NCBI GenBank assembly: GCA_902533295.1
Contig: CACALG010000001.1
Location: forward strand, 19,048 to 83,047
Direction: 5' to 3'
DNA: 64,000 nt
From: an uncultured marine group III euryarchaeote
GTDB lineage: Archaea > Thermoplasmatota > Poseidoniia > MGIII > CG-Epi1
Of this stretch, positions 42,239 to 51,780 are shown one piece after another. Made by a program: the position numbers and the translations under genes. The number at the start of each line of letters is the position of its first letter. Within the stretch, counting starts at the first letter, position 1. The notes under the pieces are model-generated. The model did not search any database and was not told the origin of the DNA. It worked only from the letters and a program-made list of their open reading frames with translations.

Positions 42239-44332
42239 CTAATTTTCTTTATCATCACTCATTTTTTTTCTGAGCTGTTCAACAGAAACCGAAATTTTCT
42301 TTTCAGGAATGGATTCTGCGCCTTGGGTAAATTCTTCAACCTCTTCAACTTCCTCATTAAAATCACCAACGTCTTCAATATCTGATGAATCATCATCAAA
42401 AACTTCAACCGCTGACTCAGCGACATCCTCTTCTCCAATATTTTTAGAAATAGCATAATCTCCATCACTACCTTGTCCCACAGCAATATCCCCGCTTTCG
42501 ATATCCTCTGCCAATTGCATGCGCTTTTCTGAACTAGCATCATCCACTATTTCCTCTAACAATTCCTCTGGTGAAAGCTCCTCCTCCACTTCTGGAAATT
42601 CCTCATCTTCTGTCTCAATAAGTTCATCTAAATCTAATTCAACTTCCTCATTATACAAGAATTCTGGCATTTCAGGAGCTACCGCACCTGGTGTAGCTAT
42701 TGCATCATAAAATTCAAAAGCCGTCCTCTCAACCTCTTCCACAAATTCTTCTAAATCTTCTTCCCCTATTCTAGAATAGATAGTAGCCATTCTATCTGCA
42801 ATGAATGCAAAGTAATTCGGTGCAACTTCAAATGCTTTTTCAGTCCATGTAAATGGAATCCATGCCATAACTTGCTTATTTTTAGGATCTACTGTTATTT
42901 TTAATTGAGGACCAGGATAAATTATACCACCGCAGGAAACATCATAATTATTCATATATGCTAAAACTTTGTACACATCTTCTTGTTTTGGTGTTTCAGT
43001 TAAATTATATTTGGCCTCAAAATAGAAATTGACTTTCTTATAATTCATGAAAATTTCAGGCCTTCCTGAACCCTGAACAGGATTGGTCTTAGTGTCTGAT
43101 TCAGCAAAAAGTGAACCCATTATTGAATCGCTCCAGCCTTGCCTTACTTGTTCTGGTGCATCATATTTCAATACTACATCTTTATTTTTAGATCTAAACT
43201 CACGAAGTGATTTAGCATGTGCACTTAATTTTAATCCTGATGCCATCTCACAGAGAATCCATAGAGCATAAATATCTGTCATCTTTTGTGTCTGTACAAG
43301 TACTGTTTCTTCATAATATGATTGGTACTCATCTAAAAACTCTCTCCACAAAGGGGGCAATTCTCTGTAAGAACGATTTCTACTCCAAGTTTTAGCTTCG
43401 ATAAGTGCTTCTCTATTAATTAAACGCTGCTCTTTACGAGTAGCCTTAGCAGTAGGTATTAATTCTGCTAATTTCCCATCACCTAAGACCTGTTTATGGA
43501 ATTTACATGCCATATCTAACTTATCCAATTGCTCCTTAACTGAATCATTAGGGGGCTGATATTCTTTGCCATAAATTGCAGACCAAGCTTTCTTTTCCCT
43601 TTCTCTTCTATCCATTTCATCTCTAAAAAAGATAGCTTCAATGAAAACTTCCATATGGAATTTTACAAGAAGGATGTTAGTGGGTGTACTCCATCTCCTC
43701 TTTCGGATATCTGTTACATGAGCAGTAGCATATTCTGTACCTTTTTGAGCACGAGCAAGAGCCGTTTTTTGCCACCTTACTGCACCCCTTATCTGGGATT
43801 TCATAGTCTTTCTTTCAACTTCTACTTTGTAAGTGTAAGCTCCTTTTCGGATATCATTTGTAACTTTCAACAATTTTCCAGAAAATTCTAATAATTGTTC
43901 AATATTAAGTAATATTTTCTCCTCTTCAATTGATGATGTCCCACCAGGATACATGTCTTCGGGCGGATCATCGGCTCCAGAATTCTTAACCAAATCAGGA
44001 ATATGAACATCTCGTAATTCTTTGAAGCTCTCATAATCTAACATCTTAGGAGCTATCACAACTTCTAGCTTGTTTGAAACCGAACTTCCATCTTTACTGT
44101 GCAAACTTATAGTGTTAGTTCCAATATAGTCTGGCACTACAAACTGTAGAGAATGTGTTGTATTTGATCTAACTGGAGGTAATGAATCAACTTTAGCACT
44201 ACCTACTCTGATATGCACATCTTCTAATGCCTTGAAAGCATTAACATTCAACATAACTGATTCACCCTCAGTCAAATTCTCAGAATGACCCTCTGGTAAT
44301 CTGAGATCTATAGTTGCATCTGGTAAACTCAT
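42239..44332 (-). CDS. McrC-like PD-(D/E)xK nuclease-family protein with a long acidic C-terminal tail
   Basis: Candidate catalytic motif RPEIFMNYKKVNFYFEAKY (E-x13-E-A-K-Y, cf. E. coli McrC D-x12-DAKY); start 1 nt after the stop of the upstream McrB-like gene; last ~170 aa about 40% Asp/Glu. Confidence 0.5.
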   Translation of the reverse strand: MSLPDATIDLRLPEGHSENLTEGESVMLNVNAFKALEDVHIRVGSAKVDSLPPVRSNTTHSLQFVVPDYIGTNTISLHSKDGSSVSNKLEVVIAPKMLDYESFKELRDVHIPDLVKNSGADDPPEDMYPGGTSSIEEEKILLNIEQLLEFSGKLLKVTNDIRKGAYTYKVEVERKTMKSQIRGAVRWQKTALARAQKGTEYATAHVTDIRKRRWSTPTNILLVKFHMEVFIEAIFFRDEMDRREREKKAWSAIYGKEYQPPNDSVKEQLDKLDMACKFHKQVLGDGKLAELIPTAKATRKEQRLINREALIEAKTWSRNRSYRELPPLWREFLDEYQSYYEETVLVQTQKMTDIYALWILCEMASGLKLSAHAKSLREFRSKNKDVVLKYDAPEQVRQGWSDSIMGSLFAESDTKTNPVQGSGRPEIFMNYKKVNFYFEAKYNLTETPKQEDVYKVLAYMNNYDVSCGGIIYPGPQLKITVDPKNKQVMAWIPFTWTEKAFEVAPNYFAFIADRMATIYSRIGEEDLEEFVEEVERTAFEFYDAIATPGAVAPEMPEFLYNEEVELDLDELIETEDEEFPEVEEELSPEELLEEIVDDASSEKRMQLAEDIESGDIAVGQGSDGDYAISKNIGEEDVAESAVEVFDDDSSDIEDVGDFNEEVEEVEEFTQGAESIPEKKISVSVEQLRKKMSDDKEN

Positions 44333-44333
44333 A

Positions 44334-47243
44334 TCAACCGAATACGCTTAAACCTGGTGAATCAACCATTTTCTCTAAGGTATTGCTTATGCCGTGGTCT
44401 TGACCAAGAACTTCTTGAGCTTTTAGCATTAAACATTTTAGCTCATTTCTTTCCAATCCTTCCAATGCAGGCATTATATTGGATTTAATTACATCCTCTA
44501 ATGCTCTATCTAAATCATATTGCCCTCGAGAATTAAAGACAGTCAACATTGAATCTATAATTACTGCAGGACCAATCTTTCTATAAGTTCTAACACCTCT
44601 TGCAATTTCATCATCTCTAGATTGAGGTAACTCTTCTTCCTCCAAGAAATTCATAAATTTATTGAATGCTTTGAACATTGTCCCATCATCATCATAAAAG
44701 TCAAACATTTCTTTGGCATACCAATCCTCCTCTTCACTGTCCTCAGGCCTATCAGGTGCAATTCCCAACTTATTCAGTTTATTGAACACAAATATAGGCA
44801 TACGTCTGTACTCATCATCTCTATCAGGAAGACCAATTTCAACGAAAGCAAATCTTCTCATTAAAGCGTGACCCACATTGAAAAGAGTATTCTTATCTTG
44901 AGTATTCATAGTTCCAATTATTCTGAATTCTGGTGGCATCATAAACGGAGCCCCGCCAGTCTCTTTTGCTGTAAGAAGTGCTTGCTTGTCCCTGTACTCA
45001 AACACCGTAAATAATTTACCAAAAGCTTCATCGATATTTGCTCTATTAAACTCATCGATTACTAAATAATGAGGTTTGCCATCCTCTTGCATTGTTTTTT
45101 CACAACTCTTTGCAGCATCTGCAACATAACCATCTTTGAAAAAATAACCTCCTGAATCATCTGGTGAGATACCACCAATAACTTCGAAATTAGACCATTC
45201 TGCATTTGCAGTTACAATGGTGTAATTAGGAATAGGACTGCCGTCTTTTCCCTCTTTGACTCCACATATTTGACTCAGCAAAAGATTAGCTAATGCTGTT
45301 TTACCAGTACCTGGATCTCCATACAACATTATGTTTCTACCAGATTTAAGGTGTGTTACTGTCTGATTAATAGTATCTTCAGTCGTTGAATAATATTTTG
45401 ATAATTCTTCATAGTCAACATTGTAATCGACTTTCATTGCTTTTCGAATCTTTGGAGATTCAGCTAATTCTTCTTTCAAATCCTTTTCTAAATCATCTAA
45501 GTGAGAAAGATCAGCTCCATAATTTTCATCCTCTGTTGGCTTGATGTCTATTGTTGCTTCAGGAAATTCTGAAAGAAGCCTATCCATTGCATCTTCTAAA
45601 CTAATTTCTTTAGGTGTTGATGATGATGGAGTTTCGTCAGATTTTGGCCCATCTTCTGCCTCAAAAGAAGAATCGAAGGGATCTGAGGAAGGGGGACTAG
45701 ATAATTGCATTTCCATCATTTTATCTCTGAATTTCTCTGCACCAAATTGCCAACCATACCATATAGCACCTCCAGAAACTATGAGTGGAATTAGAAACAT
45801 AGCCCATTCTTCACTCGATTCAGGAGATGAAATATCTGAACCTGAAAGTAAAGCAGGAGCAATCATTGTTGCGAATAAAGTGCCTATTCCTGCTACAAAT
45901 AATCCAAAATAAGCAAACCCTTCCATGCTTTCTTCGGATTTCCTTTTCCGGTAAAATAAGAATACACCCAAAAATGTAATAACCATAAACAAAACAGTAA
46001 GAATCCAGTCTCCCTGTTCAAAATAAAAATTAGCCCCATTACGTAATAAATTCCATAACAATACAATGTACTGGAATCCAAGACCAAACAATATGAAGAA
46101 GAAATATTTTGCTTCTTCCATATCTTTCAAACGAATTGTTTGAAGAATATAGGCTGCAATACCTATCAAAAGAGCTAAAACACCAAGCATTAAAACTAGC
46201 ATTTCACCCGCTTGAAGATTAAGCATCACTGTTGCAGTTCCCATTGGTGGGTCTGCGGATGCACAAGCAGATTGAAGATCTGGGATTGTACTATCGTATG
46301 ATCCAACTGCGTCACATGAAGCCCATGGTCCACGCACCCAATTATGGTGTATAGATCCAAATACTAATGAACCGGCTCCCACAAAGGAATAAATTGTACT
46401 CAGTGGAGCCTCTCCAATGTCTTTTCCAGTTACTGCATACAAAAATACGATATAAGATACAATAATTATTATTAGAGAAGACGTCGCTCCTAGAGATGAA
46501 TAAAATCCATCTAGTGCACCTTTTGGATATGTCTCATTAATGAATGACTCACCTTCTGTAAGCTTTTCATCATTTGCGCTAGAATATCCACCGCCTACAT
46601 AAACATAAATAATAAGCATCACAAAAACACACAGAATTAATGGAGCCATGATATTACTATCATTAATCCGTCTTGCTTGTATCATAATTAATAGAGCAAG
46701 GAGCGTAAGCAAACCAAAAACAGACTGAAATTGATGAGTATCTACTTTGAAATCGGATGTATCAAAATTATCTCCTTCACCGACACGACCCCCCGGTCCA
46801 TTATTCAAAACCAACGGACATCCATCTTTATCTCCACGAACATCTATATCCGACCAACCTGGACACACAAGTGGGTTATTATCATCAGTCCAACCAAGTA
46901 AAGTCAACTGCGCTTTTTCTTCATCAGTTAACTCTTGTTCTATCTCGCTATTTGACTCTGGAGCCTCATCATTGTAATGTGGGATGTCTCCTGTTGTATA
47001 ATACAAAATCAAACCTAAGAGGGCAACAGCAATCAAAAATTGTAAAGCTGGCAAGTAAAAACTAGGTTTAGTTTTGATTAAAGGTGGTTTAGAAGTTGCA
47101 GCAGGCTTACCTTCAGATTTAGAAACTGGTGTCTCCACTTGAGAAGGACCTGAATCCTTAGCTCCAGACAGATTTACACCGCAAATATTACAGAATGGTG
47201 CATTATCTTCAACATCTACAGCACAGACTGGGCACTTTTTCAT
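44334..47243 (-). CDS. McrB-family AAA+ GTPase fused to an N-terminal zinc ribbon and a polytopic (~9 TM) membrane domain
   Basis: N-terminal CPVC...CNIC zinc ribbon; multiple hydrophobic helices across residues ~60-580; C-terminal AAA+ domain with Walker A LYGDPGTGKT and McrB-signature motifs VIDEFNRANIDEAFGKLF and IIGTMNTQDKN...ALMRRFAFVEI (cf. E. coli McrB IDEINRAN, IGLMNTADRS, ALRRRF). Confidence 0.65.
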   Translation of the reverse strand: MKKCPVCAVDVEDNAPFCNICGVNLSGAKDSGPSQVETPVSKSEGKPAATSKPPLIKTKPSFYLPALQFLIAVALLGLILYYTTGDIPHYNDEAPESNSEIEQELTDEEKAQLTLLGWTDDNNPLVCPGWSDIDVRGDKDGCPLVLNNGPGGRVGEGDNFDTSDFKVDTHQFQSVFGLLTLLALLIMIQARRINDSNIMAPLILCVFVMLIIYVYVGGGYSSANDEKLTEGESFINETYPKGALDGFYSSLGATSSLIIIIVSYIVFLYAVTGKDIGEAPLSTIYSFVGAGSLVFGSIHHNWVRGPWASCDAVGSYDSTIPDLQSACASADPPMGTATVMLNLQAGEMLVLMLGVLALLIGIAAYILQTIRLKDMEEAKYFFFILFGLGFQYIVLLWNLLRNGANFYFEQGDWILTVLFMVITFLGVFLFYRKRKSEESMEGFAYFGLFVAGIGTLFATMIAPALLSGSDISSPESSEEWAMFLIPLIVSGGAIWYGWQFGAEKFRDKMMEMQLSSPPSSDPFDSSFEAEDGPKSDETPSSSTPKEISLEDAMDRLLSEFPEATIDIKPTEDENYGADLSHLDDLEKDLKEELAESPKIRKAMKVDYNVDYEELSKYYSTTEDTINQTVTHLKSGRNIMLYGDPGTGKTALANLLLSQICGVKEGKDGSPIPNYTIVTANAEWSNFEVIGGISPDDSGGYFFKDGYVADAAKSCEKTMQEDGKPHYLVIDEFNRANIDEAFGKLFTVFEYRDKQALLTAKETGGAPFMMPPEFRIIGTMNTQDKNTLFNVGHALMRRFAFVEIGLPDRDDEYRRMPIFVFNKLNKLGIAPDRPEDSEEEDWYAKEMFDFYDDDGTMFKAFNKFMNFLEEEELPQSRDDEIARGVRTYRKIGPAVIIDSMLTVFNSRGQYDLDRALEDVIKSNIMPALEGLERNELKCLMLKAQEVLGQDHGISNTLEKMVDSPGLSVFG

Positions 47244-47282
47244 TAATGGACAGTTAAGAGTATTGGTTAAAAGCTTTTGATT

Positions 47283-47972
47283 ATGGCAAACGTTCTTAAC
47301 AACCTTTTCAATGCGAAAATAATGTCTAATGATTTAATGACTCTAAGAGATTTAAGAGTCCAAACTTTAAAGGAAAGAAGAGAAGGAAGATTAACCAAAC
47401 TTCCCTCTCATTTCTACAGAAGAGTATACCAATTAGAAGCAAATATTAGGATGTTTATAGAGGATTCAAAAGATAACCCACAAAAACTTGGGAAGGCAAA
47501 CGCAGATGTAAGGAAATTTTTAGACATGAAATTAGAATTACACAAACATAGGGAAAGAAAGTTGACAGATTTAGCCAGAGAACGGATCAATGGCCAGAAT
47601 CCTAATACAGATAATGTTCACAAAAATGAACAGGAATATCTCACATCACTCTGCGAAGTTATTGAAAATCATAGAAAGAAAACACTTCTGAGTAAAGATA
47701 ATGGAGAAAGTGAAGAACCGGAAATTAAAGAAACAAAACTCGAAGAAAAAGTAGAAGAAGAAATTATCGAAGAAGAACCTGTAGAAGAAAAGAAAGAAAT
47801 CGCAGACGAATATATAGAAGTAGAAGTTCTTGAAGATTTACCTACATTTACAGGAATGGATGCAAAAAATTATACTTTAAAAAATAACAAAAAAGAAATT
47901 ATTCCAATATACAATGCCAAGATATTGAGTGATGCAGGAAAAGTAAAAATTATTACTGAGGTGAAGGCCTGA
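47283..47972 (+). CDS. GINS complex subunit, Gins51 (Psf1-like) candidate
   Basis: N-terminal helical A-domain pattern (LRDL..ERREGRLTKLPSHFYRRV) and C-terminal B-domain-like segment (VLEDLPTFTGMDAKNYTLKNNKKEIIPIYNAKILSDAGKV); ATG at 47283 preferred over the in-frame TTG at 47277. Confidence 0.4.
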   Translation: MANVLNNLFNAKIMSNDLMTLRDLRVQTLKERREGRLTKLPSHFYRRVYQLEANIRMFIEDSKDNPQKLGKANADVRKFLDMKLELHKHRERKLTDLARERINGQNPNTDNVHKNEQEYLTSLCEVIENHRKKTLLSKDNGESEEPEIKETKLEEKVEEEIIEEEPVEEKKEIADEYIEVEVLEDLPTFTGMDAKNYTLKNNKKEIIPIYNAKILSDAGKVKIITEVKA

Positions 47973-48154
47973 CCTACAAAACCACCGATAAGGGCATATT
48001 AATTACAGACGAAAGATTAGCTGCACAAATATACAATAAAGGAAAAACAGGAACTACCCAGGAAAAAGGTAACCTGTTATTAAGGCCTGAAGAAGCATTA
48101 TATTGCGATTATCGAGGTGATTTTGAGCTTTCAGATAACGAGAGAAAGAAATTC

Positions 48155-48706
48155 ATGTCAAATAATTATACAGTTTACAGAGATCTAAAAGAACGTGGTT
48201 TAATAGTAAAAATTGATGATTTTGGCCTAAGAGTTTATGACCGAAAAACTGAAACTAAAGGACAAGCATCTGCAATTGTTTTGCCTAAAAATTTCGACGA
48301 AAAAATAGATTTTAGCAATATTTTTAATGAACTGGAAAAGGGACTTGAGAGAAGAGTCCAAATTGGAATAATAGATTCTGACAATGATGTAGTATATTAT
48401 GTGATTAAAGGCATCAAATGGGATGAAACTAAACTAAAAGAAGGTCAAAAAAGTACAATTACAGACAAGGAAGTTCAAGAACTACTCGAGAAAGGATACC
48501 AAATAAATTCTGGATTAAAATTTGGAACACATTACAGAGTCTACAACTATGAGTCAAATCATGCCCCTTGGCTAATACACGTCATAAAAGAAGGAATTAA
48601 TTGGTTAGATATTGCAAGAATGGTACGTGTAGGTCATGGTGTCAATAAGACAATAGTTTTAGCATACAAACAGAAATGGCTTAGTATTGAATGGATTAAA
48701 CCTTGA
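48155..48706 (+). CDS. endA: tRNA-splicing endonuclease EndA (catalytic repeat plus degenerate repeat); probably begins upstream near 47960 without a canonical start codon
   Basis: C-terminal catalytic domain GYQINSGLKFGTHYRVYNYESNHAPWLIHV; preceding degenerate repeat VYRDLKERGLIVKIDDFGLRVYD; an EndA N-terminal-domain-like segment (GILITDERL...EEALYC) continues in-frame upstream of the ATG. Confidence 0.65.
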   Translation: MSNNYTVYRDLKERGLIVKIDDFGLRVYDRKTETKGQASAIVLPKNFDEKIDFSNIFNELEKGLERRVQIGIIDSDNDVVYYVIKGIKWDETKLKEGQKSTITDKEVQELLEKGYQINSGLKFGTHYRVYNYESNHAPWLIHVIKEGINWLDIARMVRVGHGVNKTIVLAYKQKWLSIEWIKP

Positions 48707-49416
48707 TAGTTGGACTCTACACCAAAGATTTTGCTTTACTTAACAATATCACAAATAAGATAAAAGATCAAAAAATTAAACTTCGCCACCTAGATAATCT
48801 TTCAAATTTAGGAAAGGATTTGCAAATAATTATTTCTAAAAGAAGAATTAAGAATTGTAAAATACCTCAAATACAACCTGAAAATTTGGACGTTCTAGAA
48901 TTGAAATTAAGATGTAAACTATATACCTGTTCTGGTTTAGTAATAGGAATAGATCCTGGTGGCATGATTGGCCTATCTGCAATAGGTACTGGTAGAATAT
49001 TGTTCATGAATACTTATGATAATCCTAATGATTTAGCCATAATTGTTAAATCTATATATTTAGAAATAGGGCTAAAAGCGATTAAGATTGGATTAGGGTC
49101 TCCACCTGAGAGAACAAGAATATTAGACGTACTCAAAGAATATTCAAGTATCATTCAATTAGTCAATGAGCAAAATAGTGGAAGTGGGAGTCATACTGAA
49201 GCTGCAACAATAATTGCTTTGCGCCAAGGTAAATATAATTTAGATGAAAAATACAGACCTAAGGATGGAGAAATATCATGGATTCAGAAGGAATCAAGAA
49301 GATTATCAAAAGGATTAGTTACAATAGACAAAGAACTTGCTCATGAAATACTAATTGGGGAAAAGACTATGGATGAAGCCATAAAAATTTACACAAAAAA
49401 AATGAAACTTCGGTAA
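48703..49416 (+). CDS. putative RNase H-fold nuclease (RuvC/YqgF-like)
   Basis: GIDPGGMIGLSAIG resembles the first catalytic-Asp strand of RuvC/YqgF; C-terminal HTEAATIIAL resembles the RuvC terminal catalytic helix; low similarity. Confidence 0.3.
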   Translation: MIVGLYTKDFALLNNITNKIKDQKIKLRHLDNLSNLGKDLQIIISKRRIKNCKIPQIQPENLDVLELKLRCKLYTCSGLVIGIDPGGMIGLSAIGTGRILFMNTYDNPNDLAIIVKSIYLEIGLKAIKIGLGSPPERTRILDVLKEYSSIIQLVNEQNSGSGSHTEAATIIALRQGKYNLDEKYRPKDGEISWIQKESRRLSKGLVTIDKELAHEILIGEKTMDEAIKIYTKKMKLR

Positions 49417-49472
49417 ATTAGGCACTTGATTGAGAATACTTATATAGACAAATAATAACAAGGAGATACGAT

Positions 49473-50205
49473 ATGGCATTACTAGAAGTTAAAGAGCTAA
49501 AAAGAGGCTTTGGATCCAAGACCTTTGGCACTCGAATTGAGGTTCTTAAGGGCGTTAATTTAGAAATAAAAAAGGGTGAACTAGTTGCGTTAATGGGACC
49601 GTCTGGATGTGGAAAATCTACCTTATTGAATATAATTGGAGGATTGCTAAAAGGAGATTCCGGAAAAATAAGTATTACTTCTCAAGAAAATAATTATAAT
49701 TATGGAACTAAGAATCCTAATCGTGTTGTAGATGTAAGAAGAAATGGTGTAGGATGGATATTTCAAGATTTTCACTTAATCGAACATTTAACTGCTATAG
49801 ACAACGTTGCATTATCACTTGAAATTTCAGGATTAACGGAGAGAGAAGCTGAGGAAAAAGCTAGATTAGCACTTACTAAAGTTGGTCTCAGGGATAGGAT
49901 AGACTTTGGTGTAGAGCAACTTTCAGGAGGTCAACGTCAACGAGTTGCTGTTGCAAGAGCTATTGCTGGTTCTAGACCGCTACTATTAGCAGACGAGCCA
50001 ACGGGAAATCTAGATATTGAGAGCGGAAATGATGTCATAAAATTGTTTAAGATGCTTACAAAATCTGAAAAAACCAATCTCAGTACTAATGGTTACACAT
50101 GATCCTAATCTAGCCAGTCAAGCCGATCGTATGTTATTGTTAAAAGACGGACTTGTGGCTGCGAGTGATATAAAATCTGCATGGGGAATAGGAGGAAAGA
50201 AATGA
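49473..50205 (+). pseudogene. ABC transporter ATP-binding protein (LolD/MacB-type) interrupted by a +1 frameshift at an A6 run (50068..50073)
   Basis: Walker A GPSGCGKST, signature LSGGQRQRVA and Walker B LLLADEPT lie in frame 0. The H-loop segment LMVTHDPNLASQADRMLLLKDG continues in frame +1 after the A-run; deleting one A restores a ~245-aa protein ending TGA 50203-50205. Confidence 0.6.
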
Positions 50206-51734
50206 AGAAAAGAATAATAAAATGGAAAAATAAATTCCGAGATCTTCCTGATAATTTAAGAATAGCTGGCCTTAGTTCATGGCGTGACAAGGAAAGAGGA
50301 TTAGCTGTATTCGCAGGAGTTTTCCTCGCAAGTTTAGTAATTACTTTAGTATTAGTATACGGAGTTGGGCTTTCACAAGCTTTCTTAGAAGAATCATTAG
50401 AACAAACAGTTTTTGATTCAAAAATAGAATTTAAAAATGCTCCAGCTCAGGGTTCTACTGGATGGACAAACAACACTACTATTTTACAAAATATGTGTGA
50501 TGAAGTTACACTAAAGGAAGAATTTAGTGATTGCACAGTAATATTGGGTAAAAGTGGGATACATAGTGAGTTGAGCTTTTCTAATGATGCTGCATTTTAC
50601 GCATCTCCACTCTTTTTGAAGGAAATCGAATCTTCTGATAATGACAGAGACTGGGATCAAGAGGATTTATGGGATTATGAATACACGACAGGACCTCCTG
50701 TTGTAAACATAAGAGCTATTTCATTTTTGGGCCCTGAAGCTTTTGATGGTGAAATCTCAGAACGCTTATCTAAAAAAACATAATTTATGAAATGGGCGAA
50801 TGGAAAACTCATGAAGAGGTCCATGCTGAAAGAGGCATATACATTCCATTAGATATTGCATCTACTACTGGTGCGGAAGTAGGAGATAAAATAGAACATC
50901 TAACATTTACTTACACTTCTGAAAGAAGCCTTCCAGGAGGGATGTCTGAAGAAGATTGTGCTGGTGAGATAATTGAAGGTGAAGAATTCAGGCTTATGTA
51001 TTGCCAAATTCCCCTAACTCTTGATAATGTCACAATTCTAGGAATATATGAACCATGGCCACAAGGTAATCCAGTTCTTGCTGCTAATCCTATATACACA
51101 ACATGGACTATACTTGATGAAAAGCAGCAAACTACTCTGATTGATAATGACCATGTATACCTTGGTGTAACTGTAGATCGCACTCTATTACCAACATCAT
51201 CTATCTCAGCTGCAGAAGATTGGTTAGAAATTGTTGCAAATGATATGCAAAAAACAAACTTACGATGATGGAAATGTAAAGATATTCTATGTAGATATAA
51301 TAAGTAGCAGTATTTTGTGGCTTGAATTTTTCCTTGGATTCGTTCAAGTATTCGATTATATTTTAATGATACCTGTGGTTATTCTTTCCCTATACTTACT
51401 AATTTATGGACTAGAACTTTCATTAGAACAAAGAAGAAGAGAAATAAGTATTCATAGAGCCATTGGTGCAACAGCAGAAAAACTTAAGGGAATGGTTCTC
51501 TTTGAACTGTTTATAATCTCTACAGTTGCTTGGTTAGGTGGATATTTGCTTGCCCTTATTGCAGTTCCTTTTGTCCTATCTATTGTTGGTTTTATGGAAT
51601 TTGAGGCATTGGAAATCGATGTTAATCCAAGTCTGAGCTTTGGCGCTACATTCTTCACCATTCTTACCACCCTGGGATTAGCTTTAATTTTCGGTAATTC
51701 TCGCACGAAAAGCTTCCTAGAGATGGAAAATTGA
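50202..51734 (+). pseudogene. MacB/FtsX-type ABC transporter permease split across three frames by frameshifts at A7 (50772..50778) and A6 (51249..51254) runs
   Basis: The pieces 50202..50783 (TM1 + periplasmic domain), 50792..51268 (periplasmic domain) and 51231..51734 (FtsX TM2-4 with EISIHRAIGAT) are contiguous in sequence logic. A one-A change at each homopolymer joins them into a single ~500-aa permease. Confidence 0.5.
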
Positions 51735-51780
51735 TGAGGGGGTCAGAAAGACAAAGGAGACAGGTAAACCAAGAGTTTGG

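Noticed and set aside
50105-50290. 61-aa minus-strand ORF
   Set aside because: Antisense to the ABC ATPase 3' end and permease 5' end; the plus-strand frames carry recognisable ABC motifs
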